Origin: Synechococcus sp.
GTDB taxonomy: Bacteria > Cyanobacteriota > Cyanobacteriia > Thermostichales > PCC-7336
DNA: 64,000 nt
Reading direction: 5' to 3'
NCBI GenBank assembly: GCA_051439605.1
Contig: JBFRWN010000082.1
Coordinates: forward strand, 28,100-92,099
Position numbers and translations under genes: made by a program. Below, piece by piece: positions 30,761-40,937 of this stretch. Positions within the stretch are counted from its first letter, which is position 1, and every line of letters begins with the position of its first letter. Under the pieces are notes generated by a model, which was given only the letters and a program-made list of their open reading frames with translations, made no database searches and had not been told where the DNA came from.

Positions 30761-31534
30761 TCAGGCAGCGGAAGGACAAGGGGTGGGATAAGCAGACGGC
30801 TGGGCGTCGATAATATAGCCGTCTTCCATATTGATAACGCGATCGGCAAACTGAGAAATACGGGAGTCGTGGGTAACCACCAACACGGTACAACCAGCCT
30901 CTTTGGCCAGTCGCTGCAGAAGTTCGACCGCGTTATGTCCGCTCACAGAGTCTAGCGAGGCGGTGGGTTCATCCGCCATAATCAACTCTGGATTCCCTAC
31001 TAAAGCACGGGCGATCGCCACCCGCTGCTTTTGTCCCCCTGACAAATCAGCCGGCCGGTAGCGAGCCTTATCTGCCAAACCCACCAAATCGAGTTGTTCT
31101 AGGGCCATTTTCTGTGCGCGAGCCCCTTTAACATTGGCCAAGTTTAGTGCCACTTCTACGTTCTCAGCAATGGTGAGGGTAGGAAATAGGTTGAACCCTT
31201 GAAAAACGAAGCCAATGTGGGAGCGTCGAAAGCGACCGAGCTGTTTTCGGGACATGTGGGTAATGTTTTGCCCCAAAAGATGCACATCCCCTTCAGTGGG
31301 GGTCAATATACCTGCCAGGATCGAGAGCAGGGTTGTTTTCCCCGACCCCGAAGGCCCCATCAGGAAATGCACCTCTCCTAAAGCAATCGATATATTAATA
31401 TTCCTCAACACGGGTACTGCTCGGGTACCAGAGCCGTAGGTCATACTCACGCCCCGTGCGGAAATGGCGGCCTGGGGCCTGCGCCGTGCATGGGATGTAG
31501 GGGCAAGAATAGGAAGAGTTTGCAATGTCGTCAT
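30761..31534 (-). CDS. ABC transporter ATP-binding protein (DevA/LolD/MacB-like), stand-alone
   Basis: GPSGSGKTT, LSGGQKQRVAIARAL, DEPTASLD and VTHD motifs. Confidence 0.92.
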   Translation of the reverse strand: MTTLQTLPILAPTSHARRRPQAAISARGVSMTYGSGTRAVPVLRNINISIALGEVHFLMGPSGSGKTTLLSILAGILTPTEGDVHLLGQNITHMSRKQLGRFRRSHIGFVFQGFNLFPTLTIAENVEVALNLANVKGARAQKMALEQLDLVGLADKARYRPADLSGGQKQRVAIARALVGNPELIMADEPTASLDSVSGHNAVELLQRLAKEAGCTVLVVTHDSRISQFADRVINMEDGYIIDAQPSAYPTPCPSAA

Positions 31535-32212
31535 CCGATTACAACAGGACAATCATCCAAACGGGATGTCACTTATTGATACACAACTTTACATGATTAT
31601 CGTTGATAAAGCTGTTCTTGGTGGTGAATGATTCGCCCAAAGGGGGAAGCAACACGGAGTTTTCAAACCAACCGAGAAAAAATAAACGCTGATGGTGTGA
31701 GGAGAGAGCAGCGTCAAATAAGGAATTTATTAAATCCAAGAGTAAAGCGCTAATCCACAAAGAATGTGAAAAAAATCTGAGATTTTCGAGTGTTTACTAT
31801 GAGGAAGCATGTGGCAGAGTAGCGATCCAATCATTCATAAGCGTTTTACACGTCTTCAATTGTTAAAAGTTCTGCCTCTGACTTTCACTGTGGGAAACCT
31901 CCTTGTTTGCGTCAGTCACTATGCAGTTAGGGAGATCGCTGCATAAAGCCTTAATTGTTGGAGATACCTGTAAGTGAAGCCTGAAAGCAATATGAGCAAA
32001 CTCTCATCAATTTTGCGGGTCACCCTGACCCCTACTGCTCTGATTTCTCAGATTCATGAGCCTGAATAGCAATAGCTGAATGATGTTTTAGCCGTCATGC
32101 TAGCACTCGCCCAGCTCAGTGACGGGCTATCCGTCGATTGCAGTTCAACCCCATGCTTTACAACCTTGTAAGCCATACAGCATCGAGGAGAAATGCCTAG
32201 GAGGGTACCGGA

Positions 32213-32413
32213 GTGGCAAATTTTAAACATTTGGCAATCGATTTAACGATCGCGGCGATCGTGACTGCTGTCATAGGATGGTCTGCCACCTCTTCCCGTC
32301 CACAGCCCCTCAATCAGCCTGCAAGCAATCCTTCCAGAATGGCCCAACCCAACGCCGTGCAGATTGTAAGCGCCGCGGTAGATGCCTCAATATCTGCAAG
32401 ACAACGGCAGTAA
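32213..32413 (+). CDS. Small hypothetical secreted or membrane-anchored protein
   Basis: GTG start behind AGGAGG/GGAG; hydrophobic N-terminus followed by a Pro/Gln/Ser-rich region. Confidence 0.45.
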   Translation: MANFKHLAIDLTIAAIVTAVIGWSATSSRPQPLNQPASNPSRMAQPNAVQIVSAAVDASISARQRQ

Positions 32414-32472
32414 TGCTGAAGACCCGCCCATCCTGCGTTATCACCAACCATCCACACCACTTAACATTCCAG

Positions 32473-33525
32473 CTAGAGGCTGGAGCCGCGATATTGCGCT
32501 TTACGTTGGATTTCGTAATAGCCCTTCAGTTGAGGGATCGCGTCGATCCGTCCAATGACAATGATGGTGTCACTCCCAAACAGGGTCAGGGATGAGTCGG
32601 GGCGAGTAATAATCGTCCCATCCGCTCGCCGCACTGCCACTGCAATAAACCGCCCCTTTGCCTGGAGCTCGATATCGCCCAGAGTACGACCAACCAAAGG
32701 AGAATTGGCGGGAATCGGCAGTTCATCAATCCGGGCATCCAACTGGGCCAGCTCTTCATTGAGAAAGCTTGTCCCCTCAGCTCCAGAAAGCACATCTTCC
32801 GAGGCTGGATGGGTAATGGTGTGGGCCATCCGCAGTGCTCCGATGGCGGCTGGCATCACAACCCGGTTAGCTCCTGCCAATTTTAATTTCTGTTCGGTGG
32901 TGGGGGCGGTGCCGCGAGCTACGATCGTTAGGTTGGGGTTCAGACCTCTAGCCGTCAAGGTGATGAAGACATTGTTCGCGTCATCCGGCAGCACGGTAGC
33001 CAGAACCTTAGCCTTTTCCACCCCGGCAGATTTGAGAATATCCTCGTCGGAGGCACTGCCGCAGCGGGCCCAGTAGGCTAGTTCTCGGGCCTGGGCGACG
33101 CGATCGGGGTCAATGTCGATCGCCACAAATGGATGGCGATCCTCGGCCAATTTGGCGGCTAAAATCTCCCCTACATGGCCAAAACCACAAATGATTGTGT
33201 GGTTCTCCAAATTATCTATTTCTCGGTCCATCCGCCTAACCTGTAGAGCCCGATTAATTTCCCCCTCCGCCAACAGTTGCACCGAGCCTGTAACAATGTA
33301 GGCCGCTGACCAAAATCCCGCCAGAATCACCCCAATGGTGAACAATCGCATTTTGGGGCTGAGGGGTTGAACCTCTCCGTATCCCACCCCAAAAATGGTG
33401 ATCACTGTCATGTAGGTGGCATCCAACGGCTTCCAACCGGCCGCAACGTAGCCAGAAATTGCCACTACGTTGGTAACGGCGAAAAAGATAGCTCCAGTCA
33501 GAATGCGTTTAAAAGACCGTTGCAC
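32473..33525 (-). CDS. Potassium channel protein (2TM pore + RCK_N/RCK_C)
   Basis: TIFGVGYGE filter, ICGFGHVG TrkA-N motif, C-terminal TrkA-C. Confidence 0.9.
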   Translation of the reverse strand: MQRSFKRILTGAIFFAVTNVVAISGYVAAGWKPLDATYMTVITIFGVGYGEVQPLSPKMRLFTIGVILAGFWSAAYIVTGSVQLLAEGEINRALQVRRMDREIDNLENHTIICGFGHVGEILAAKLAEDRHPFVAIDIDPDRVAQARELAYWARCGSASDEDILKSAGVEKAKVLATVLPDDANNVFITLTARGLNPNLTIVARGTAPTTEQKLKLAGANRVVMPAAIGALRMAHTITHPASEDVLSGAEGTSFLNEELAQLDARIDELPIPANSPLVGRTLGDIELQAKGRFIAVAVRRADGTIITRPDSSLTLFGSDTIIVIGRIDAIPQLKGYYEIQRKAQYRGSSL

Positions 33526-34319
33526 GTTTCTCAGGAAAGATGAGGTTGGATAAACGCTAAACTGTCCTGGATCCCCACGATGCTCGGCAGTTTCAATTGG
33601 CTACCTAGCAAGAATCGGACAAAATTTAGCCTGGAACAGTGTGCACCTGCAAGCCTGACAGATTGGTTTCATCGCCACCAAAACCAACGCGTCAGTAATG
33701 TTCGTTGTTCCTGGTAGCGTGCGAAATATATCGTGGGCAGGCCGATATAAACCCACCTTAGATTCATAGAGGACACAGATTTGTAGCTTACACTGCCGAT
33801 CTCTGGTGGGTTCAAGACGGGAGAGCGATCGTCGGGATCGACAGATTATTGCAATCTCTAGGATAACGAACCAATATCTACCCTATGCCCTGGGAGATTG
33901 CTTAAGTTCAGTTCAGGACGCGATTCCAAGCCCACCAAGGATCAGAATCAACCGACGCCTGATGGCATTGAGGAACAATTTCGCATCCTATAGCCCTGTT
34001 TTGGCTTCCACCCAATAGCGACTTTCTCTTTCCAGGAATACAATTGTGTCACCCTCCGACGCTTCGTGGAGGAAAGATCTCATCCAATCGGGTGTAAAGC
34101 TCATCTCCTTTATAATTCTTGCAGTTACTCGCTCAGCGGACAGTGCTCGTTAGTCCAACCCTATGATGATTCGTACTAAATTTTGACTGAAAGGAATAAA
34201 TCCAGGCCGCTTGTCAAATCAATCGTTTTAATAGAAGAATATCTAATAGAATTGATATAAAATAATTATCTATTGACTTAGATTATTTGTGGCTTATGAA
34301 TAAATTACGATTCCAGTTC

Positions 34320-35696
34320 CTACTTAATTGTAAACTCTTGTGAAGAAGAAACTTTATCGAACGGTTTAGCAGGAAGAGGCTGATTGTTAAAGCTAGGATG
34401 CCGAGCATCAATTTGATGAGCTTTTTTGACGATTGAGTTAAAGCGAAGGTTGGTAAGTTCTAATTCTCTAAAAATTTTCTGTGGGTCAAAAAGATGGGTT
34501 TTTGGCAGCTTTTTGCCCATTTCTTTGAGGACTAAACCGACAGGTACATTAATCTCGTCCTGGAGTCTGAGGTAGTGGGCAAAGACTGGAGCGAAAGCAC
34601 TAATAATCGAGCCTATTCCGCTTCGAGGTTGATACCAACCGATATAATATAATCCCTTATAGTCATCAAGGAAAGAGTCTCCATAGCATTGGACTACCGA
34701 GCCTTGAACTCGTTGAAGTTCTGGGGGTAAAAATGGATAAGCAACATAGTAACCAGTGGCACAAACGATCAGATCGAATTCTTCATGGCTTCCATCAAGA
34801 AATTCCACTGACCATCCATCTAAACTACGTATGCCTGGTTTGGGAATAATGCGACCGTGTTTGATGTAGTAAGGAACTTCATTATTGATAGTGGGGTGTT
34901 TTTCAAAAATTCGATGCTTAGGTTGGGGAAGTCCGTAACTTTCGTGCTTTCCAAAAGTGAAGCGGATTAGTAGGTAAGTCATTAGACGTTGATACCAGTC
35001 TGGACTCCTCCCCTTTTTGCTTAAATCGGCCACAGGAATACCCGCAAAGGTTTTAGGAATAAACCAAACCGACTCTCGCATACTTAAGACACATTTAGCT
35101 CCCACGCGAGCAGCTTCCGCAGCTATGTCACAGGCTGAATTTCCTCCACCGATTACTAGAACTCTTTTACCAAGAAGTTGTTCGGGTCGTTTATAATCTT
35201 TAGAATGGATGATTTTCCCATTGAATTCACCCTGAAAATCAGGAAAACGCTTACACCAGTGATGACCATTACACATCACTACACCTTTATAAATACGTTG
35301 TTCTTGGTTGGCGAAGGTTACTTCCCAGAGATTCTTTTCCACTGGTCGCACATAGGTGACTTTGCGGTTGAGTTCAATAGGTTCCCACAAATCAAAGCGA
35401 TCGGCAAAAGCATTAATATAATCCCACATATTCTTCCGACTAGGGAAGTCGGGATAATCTTCTGGCATGGAAAAATTTGTAAACTGAGTAACCTTACGGG
35501 AGGAGATAATATGAGCAGTTTCGTAAACTCCATGATACCAATTTCCACCTATTTCATCGCTGGCATCAACTTGATCATAGAGAATACCGGCTTCTTTAAG
35601 AGCCTGAGCTATACCTAGTCCGACAAAACCAGCCCCGATAATGAGTTGCTTGTGGGCTGTTACCCGTATCTTTTGATTGTTAACAGAGTTACTCAT
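34320..35696 (-). CDS. Flavin-containing monooxygenase (class B)
   Basis: GAGFVG, FNGKIIHSKDY (FMO fingerprint), GGGNSA and ATGY motifs. Confidence 0.92.
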   Translation of the reverse strand: MSNSVNNQKIRVTAHKQLIIGAGFVGLGIAQALKEAGILYDQVDASDEIGGNWYHGVYETAHIISSRKVTQFTNFSMPEDYPDFPSRKNMWDYINAFADRFDLWEPIELNRKVTYVRPVEKNLWEVTFANQEQRIYKGVVMCNGHHWCKRFPDFQGEFNGKIIHSKDYKRPEQLLGKRVLVIGGGNSACDIAAEAARVGAKCVLSMRESVWFIPKTFAGIPVADLSKKGRSPDWYQRLMTYLLIRFTFGKHESYGLPQPKHRIFEKHPTINNEVPYYIKHGRIIPKPGIRSLDGWSVEFLDGSHEEFDLIVCATGYYVAYPFLPPELQRVQGSVVQCYGDSFLDDYKGLYYIGWYQPRSGIGSIISAFAPVFAHYLRLQDEINVPVGLVLKEMGKKLPKTHLFDPQKIFRELELTNLRFNSIVKKAHQIDARHPSFNNQPLPAKPFDKVSSSQEFTIK

Positions 35697-35708
35697 TTAG
35701 ATTGACTT

Positions 35709-36512
35709 TTAATTTACTAAAAATCGGTTACTCACCCAGTTAAACAATCTGGGGAAATATTGCTTGAGAATGTGAATCCTATTGGCCATCTTGTCGGGAA
35801 ATACGTGAAGTTGATTACGCATAATTCCTTTAATGGTTTTTTCCATGACTTTCGCTGGGTCAGTTGCCAAATGTTCAGGGAAATCTTCCATTCCTTGAGC
35901 TAGTGTTCCATAACGTTCCGACTGAAGAATTGGTGTACGACTAAAAAAAGGATAAACGGCTGTAACTTTGACATTATAGGGTTTTACTTCATTCCAAAGT
36001 CCTTCACTAAAACCACGCAAGCCAAATTTGCTTGTAGAGTAGTGAGTCATCCCCGCAGGAGCGATCCAACCTGCTAGAGAAGAAATATTAACAATGTGTC
36101 CTTGGTTACGCTCAATCATATCGGCGACAAAAAGAGAACTTAACCGCATTGGGGCTAATAAATTGACCTGCATCAACTGTTCCCATTTATCGGGAGGAAC
36201 TTCGTCCATACGACCAAATAATCCTATACCGGCATTGTTAATCAAGATATCAATAGGTATGTCTAATGCTTTTACTTTAAGGTAGACAATCTCGCATCCT
36301 TCGCGATGAGAAAGATCGCTCTCAATACAAGCAATGATTTCTCCTGTAGTCACTTCACTTTTGATTTGAGAAGCGCGTTTATCTAGGATAGCTAGATCGA
36401 TGTCGGTAAGAATTAGACGACCACCAGCTTGTAATAATTGGCGAGTGAGTTCTTGACCAAAGCCTCCTGCTGCACCAGTAAGGACTATTACAGCTTGATT
36501 GAAATCAGTCAT
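35709..36512 (-). CDS. Short-chain dehydrogenase/reductase
   Basis: TGAAGGFG, NNAG and YSTSK motifs. Confidence 0.92.
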   Translation of the reverse strand: MTDFNQAVIVLTGAAGGFGQELTRQLLQAGGRLILTDIDLAILDKRASQIKSEVTTGEIIACIESDLSHREGCEIVYLKVKALDIPIDILINNAGIGLFGRMDEVPPDKWEQLMQVNLLAPMRLSSLFVADMIERNQGHIVNISSLAGWIAPAGMTHYSTSKFGLRGFSEGLWNEVKPYNVKVTAVYPFFSRTPILQSERYGTLAQGMEDFPEHLATDPAKVMEKTIKGIMRNQLHVFPDKMANRIHILKQYFPRLFNWVSNRFLVN

Positions 36513-36561
36513 TGTTACTAAATTTTGTGATTGTCTCTTTGATTGCTTATTTGCCTATCCA

Positions 36562-37530
36562 TTAAATCTTAGGAGACTGAAGCACTGCCCATAGCAATAG
36601 AAACCAGGGCACTTTAATATTAGGTATCAACCAGAGATGTTTTCTTAGTGATAAAAAAGTAAAAGGAATCAGAAATCGAAGGGAACGTAAAGAATCAGGG
36701 CGAGTGCCATTTTGGTCGACAAGATTATATTTTTCAGCAAGTTCAGCAACAATCTGAACTTTGCCCGTATATTTCATTATATTTGGCTCAGTAGAAAGAG
36801 CCGCAATAACTCTACCTGTTAGTAATGGAGTTTCCCAGTTGAAACCATCAGAAAAGCTTTTCTTGGCATCGCTTTCATTCATTTGCTGAGCAAAATTAGT
36901 CATATGCTCTGTTGCTACAATTCCTGGCCAAAGAGAAATAGAAGCAACGTTATCTGGTCTTAACTCGGAGGCCATATCTGCCACCAATCGATCGCAAGCT
37001 GCTTTTCCTGCGCCATAAGCCGCACCAAAGATATAAGACATACCGCCCCAGGAAGAGATGGTAAAAATAATTCCCCGTTTCTGTTTAGTCATCATGCGAG
37101 CAGCATAGACGCTGGTAATATAGTGACTCCGAAGACCAACATTATTAACCGCATCCCAAAGAGTAGGTTCAGATTGCCAAAAGGGCTTACCATAGGCATT
37201 TCCAATTGCCTGTACTCCTGAAAAAACATTGTTAACTAACAAGTCAAGCTGTCCATTTTGTTCATCCTGAATACGATTAAAGAGTAAACGTACTTTCTCG
37301 TCATCGCTATGGTCTACTTGAACTGGAATACACTTACCACCCGCTTCTTCAACAGCCAATTGGGTTTCCTGTAGACTACCTGAAACTTTATCACTCACGT
37401 TAGAACGATTCAGACTACGACCGGTAATATAAACAGTTGCACCAGCCTCACCCAAGCCCATGGCAATTCCCTTTCCAATACCCCGCGTCGCCCCCGTTAC
37501 TAATGCTACTTTTTCCTTAAGGTCTGACAT
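36562..37530 (-). CDS. Short-chain dehydrogenase/reductase (DHRS1-like)
   Basis: TGATRGIG, VGLRSHY, YGAGKAA and SLWPG motifs. Confidence 0.9.
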   Translation of the reverse strand: MSDLKEKVALVTGATRGIGKGIAMGLGEAGATVYITGRSLNRSNVSDKVSGSLQETQLAVEEAGGKCIPVQVDHSDDEKVRLLFNRIQDEQNGQLDLLVNNVFSGVQAIGNAYGKPFWQSEPTLWDAVNNVGLRSHYITSVYAARMMTKQKRGIIFTISSWGGMSYIFGAAYGAGKAACDRLVADMASELRPDNVASISLWPGIVATEHMTNFAQQMNESDAKKSFSDGFNWETPLLTGRVIAALSTEPNIMKYTGKVQIVAELAEKYNLVDQNGTRPDSLRSLRFLIPFTFLSLRKHLWLIPNIKVPWFLLLWAVLQSPKI

Positions 37531-37611
37531 AATTGCTTGAGGATGCCTATCGAGTACAGTTTACACTGATGTTTGATGTAAGACTATTTGACTATACAAA
37601 AGCATTTTGAA

Positions 37612-38838
37612 ATGTCTCAACTCAACTTATTAGAAATTTCTTTGTTCTTGAGGGTAGCCTCCATACTCTTAAGTATGTTGGGATTCTTTCTCAGTCTTTG
37701 GATAGTTATTCCTGCTCCTACTTTCGCTTTACTTCCTCTTGGAGTGGGTGCGCCAGAAGTTAGCCCTTGGTTATTTATCATGAATGCGAGCGCGCTTCTG
37801 CTAACCGTTATGGTTTACAAAAGTTGGTTGTCTACTCTGATTATCATCTGTAGTTTACTCGGGCTAATCTTGAGTCTACTGCCTGCGATCCAGTTACCCG
37901 CTGCCAATAGGAGATTTACCGCCGAGATAGAAACAGTTTTAGGTGCAGACTATTTACAAGCTGTTCCTCAAGCTTTACGAACCCAAATACGTCCCAAGCC
38001 ATTTGCGATCGTAGATGTTTTTCGGGGCATTCCGATCGAAGAGGAGATTCGCATTGAAAGAGGTATTATCTTTGCTAGTCCCGATCGAGTCGATCTCAAA
38101 CTAAACGTTTATCGACCTCTGCCTCAAGGAAAATATCCAGCCCTTATGATAGTCTACGGCGGAGCTTGGAGACAAGGCAATCCTGATGCCCATGATAAAT
38201 TTAGTGCTTACATGGCAGCCCAAGGATACTCGGTGATAGCAATTGATTATCGCCACGCACCCAAGTATAAGTTTCCCGCTCAGCTTGAGGATGTAGAAGT
38301 CGCTTTGCAGTATATTCGAGATCGTGCAGATGACTTTGAAGTTGATATCGAAAAGATTGCGATCGTGGGTCGCTCGGCAGGGGGTCATCTAGCTTCTCTG
38401 GCTGCCTATCGGCAAAATGCTTTTCCTTTTCGAGCGGTGGTGAGCTACTATGGGCCGGTTAATTTGACAGAGGGATACTACGATCCACCTGTCCCTAATC
38501 CCATCGATACCCAAACCGTACTGAAAAACTTTTTAGGAGGAACTCCCGAAGAACTCCCCGACCTTTATCGACAAGCATCTCCCATCAACTATTCTAGATC
38601 TAATCTTCCTCCTTCTCTACTAGTATATGCAGGTCGCGATCACCTAGTGCAGGCGAAGTTCGGACGACAGCTATACAAGAAGCTAAAGTCAGTCGACAAT
38701 CTTGCTGTTTGGCTAGAAATTCCTTGGGCGGAACACGCCTTTGATACAGTTTTTTCTGGAATTAGCAATCAACTGGCTTTATATTACACTGAACGCTTTT
38801 TGGCATGGGCTTTAAAATCTTCTAATATGCCACTATAA
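37612..38838 (+). CDS. Membrane-anchored esterase/lipase (HSL-like alpha/beta hydrolase)
   Basis: Three N-terminal TM segments; YGGAW, DYRHAP, GRSAG and D...HAF catalytic motifs. Confidence 0.88.
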   Translation: MSQLNLLEISLFLRVASILLSMLGFFLSLWIVIPAPTFALLPLGVGAPEVSPWLFIMNASALLLTVMVYKSWLSTLIIICSLLGLILSLLPAIQLPAANRRFTAEIETVLGADYLQAVPQALRTQIRPKPFAIVDVFRGIPIEEEIRIERGIIFASPDRVDLKLNVYRPLPQGKYPALMIVYGGAWRQGNPDAHDKFSAYMAAQGYSVIAIDYRHAPKYKFPAQLEDVEVALQYIRDRADDFEVDIEKIAIVGRSAGGHLASLAAYRQNAFPFRAVVSYYGPVNLTEGYYDPPVPNPIDTQTVLKNFLGGTPEELPDLYRQASPINYSRSNLPPSLLVYAGRDHLVQAKFGRQLYKKLKSVDNLAVWLEIPWAEHAFDTVFSGISNQLALYYTERFLAWALKSSNMPL

Positions 38839-39242
38839 ATCTTATGCTAGGACGGTTGAGAGTAACGATCCTAAAGACTCTTTGATGATGAGATTTACCG
38901 TTGAAATTCTTCTTTAAGAAGACCGCTACAAGCTATTTGCTTCAGCACAGAATCTATCAAACCTAACTGTCGATAACCCGGTAGTTCTAAACAGAAAAGG
39001 ATCTGAATCTTATCCGCGTAGGGACCTAGGGCTCCTTCAGGGGATCTTTTGAGGCTGCAACCTATATTCCAAATGAGATTTTAGCCGATTTTTCAAATCT
39101 AAATGATTCTAGCAAGACATAGTTGATTTAAGACTTTACACAGGATTGCAGCAACACTCGACAGACGGTCCATTCGCAAACTGCCTGACTGATATGTAGA
39201 TCGTTTGTCGACTTATTCAGAGTCCCCCCATTTGTCTAACGT

Positions 39243-40007
39243 TTAGAGTGAAGGTAAACGAATGACAGTGCGCGAGGACGCTTGATAAAGGGCGTTAAGG
39301 TCGATCTCTGTCACGTCCTCAGCCACTTTATCTAGCACCAGCTGACCCCCCCTCAATCCCAAAATGCGATCGCTGTAGTCCCTGGCTAACGAGGCTTGGT
39401 GCAAGTTACAGAGCACCGTCATCCCCTCCCGGTCGCAAAGGGAGCGCAATAGTTCTAGTACGAGGCGGGCAGATTCGGGGTCCAAGCTGGATATGGGCTC
39501 ATCCGCCAAAATGATGCGGGCTTTTTGTGTCAGGGCGCGGGCGATCGCCACCCGCTGTTGTTGACCTCCCGAGAGGCGATCGGCCCTTTGAAAGGCTACC
39601 TCCAGCAGTTTTACCCGCTCTAATGCCGCGAGGGCATCCCGCTTGAGGGATTGCGGAAACTGGTTGGTTAGACAGCGCCACAAAGGTAATTCCGGCAGGC
39701 GACCGGCAAGGCAGTTCTCAAGAGCGGTACGGCGGCGTACTAGGTTGAACTGCTGAGCTACCAAGGCCATTTGCCTGCGGCTATCCCGGAGTTGCTGGGG
39801 AGAAACTTGGGTCAAATCGCGATCGCCGAACCAAACCGAGCCACTGTCAGACTTGAGTAACCCCAACAAACAGCGCATCAGGGTTGTCTTACCCGCACCG
39901 CTAGGTCCCAAAACGGCGGTGAAGGTGCGCGGCGCGATTGCAAAGCTCACCTCCTGCAACACCGGGCGATCTCCATACAGTTTGCTCAACCCCATCACTT
40001 TCAGCAT
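39243..40007 (-). CDS. phnC: Phosphonate/phosphite-type ABC transporter ATPase
   Basis: GPSGAGKTT, QQFNLVRR.TALENCLAGRL, LSGGQQQRVAIARAL, DEPISSLDP and CNLHQ motifs. Confidence 0.9.
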   Translation of the reverse strand: MLKVMGLSKLYGDRPVLQEVSFAIAPRTFTAVLGPSGAGKTTLMRCLLGLLKSDSGSVWFGDRDLTQVSPQQLRDSRRQMALVAQQFNLVRRRTALENCLAGRLPELPLWRCLTNQFPQSLKRDALAALERVKLLEVAFQRADRLSGGQQQRVAIARALTQKARIILADEPISSLDPESARLVLELLRSLCDREGMTVLCNLHQASLARDYSDRILGLRGGQLVLDKVAEDVTEIDLNALYQASSRTVIRLPSL

Positions 40008-40067
40008 GGCCTAATGCCTTTCTCCTGTTTCAGCCAACAGCCCTAGGTCCCACAATGACTACCCGAC

Positions 40068-40937
40068 TTATTTCAAACGGTGACGCAGCCAAGCACTGAC
40101 CCCATCGATCGCCGTCACCATGCCTAGGATGAGCAGGAGCAAGGTGGTCAAGCGGCCAAAGTCCAGTAGCTTGAGGCTGACGGACAGTTCGTAGCCAATC
40201 CCCCCAGCCCCGACAATCCCTAAAATGACAGAGGAGCGCACGTTCACTTCCCATAAGTACAAGCTAATTCCCACTAAGGTGGGAATTGCCTCAGGTAAGA
40301 CCGCAAATGCAATCGTGCGCCAGCGATCGGTACCGGTAGCTTCCATGGCCTCCAGCGGTTCTGCGGGCAAGGTCTCTATGGCTTCTGCATACAGCTTGGC
40401 CATCGAACCCGTGGTGTGACACATCACCCCCAAAACTCCGGCAAACGGCCCCAGCCCCACAACCGAGACAAAGAAGAGGGCAAAAATCGCCGTATCGATT
40501 CCCCGCAGCAGATTGAGGACGCTTCGAATGGGCCCCGCCAGCCAAGGGGCGGGGGTGATATTGCGGGCCACCACTAGCGACAGCGGCAGAGCCAAGGTAA
40601 CCGCCACCAGCGTGCCTACAATCGCAATCGCCAGCGTTTCCCAGGTGGCCATCAAGAAGGAGGGCAACTCCGTCCAGTCGGGGGGCCATAGCTCGGAAAG
40701 CCAGCGGGTGAGGCGGGGAATCCCCTCCACAAACTCACTGATGGACACTTCTGCCTGGCGGGCACTGGCTATCAATATGGCAAGCAGGAGAGCCGTCCAA
40801 AATCCCTGGCGCAAAAGGCGACCCACCCCACCATTGCGCCGCTGCTCTGCCGCCAAAATTGCATCGAGGCGATCGTCCAGCGGGCGATCGGGTAGTGGGG
40901 ATGTAGGAGGGGCAAAGGGCGGGAGCCTGAGGGTCAC
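40068..40937 (-). CDS. phnE: Phosphonate/phosphite-type ABC transporter permease
   Basis: ETLAIA, VGLGPFAGVLG, AKLYAEAIE and EVNVRSSVILGIVGAGGIG motifs; GTGA overlap with the upstream gene. Confidence 0.92.
   Translation of the reverse strand: MTLRLPPFAPPTSPLPDRPLDDRLDAILAAEQRRNGGVGRLLRQGFWTALLLAILIASARQAEVSISEFVEGIPRLTRWLSELWPPDWTELPSFLMATWETLAIAIVGTLVAVTLALPLSLVVARNITPAPWLAGPIRSVLNLLRGIDTAIFALFFVSVVGLGPFAGVLGVMCHTTGSMAKLYAEAIETLPAEPLEAMEATGTDRWRTIAFAVLPEAIPTLVGISLYLWEVNVRSSVILGIVGAGGIGYELSVSLKLLDFGRLTTLLLLILGMVTAIDGVSAWLRHRLK

Noticed and set aside
32473..33525. Unusual K+ filter GVGYG
   Set aside because: Recalled as a common variant in cyanobacterial RCK channels; not novel.
33526..34180. 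Possible gene remnant or small ORF left of the AT-rich islet
   Set aside because: Frames translated by hand are short and interrupted, with no recognisable family.
39015..39130. Possible IS end or CRISPR leader at the right edge of the islet
   Set aside because: No matching inverted end, transposase or repeats were found.
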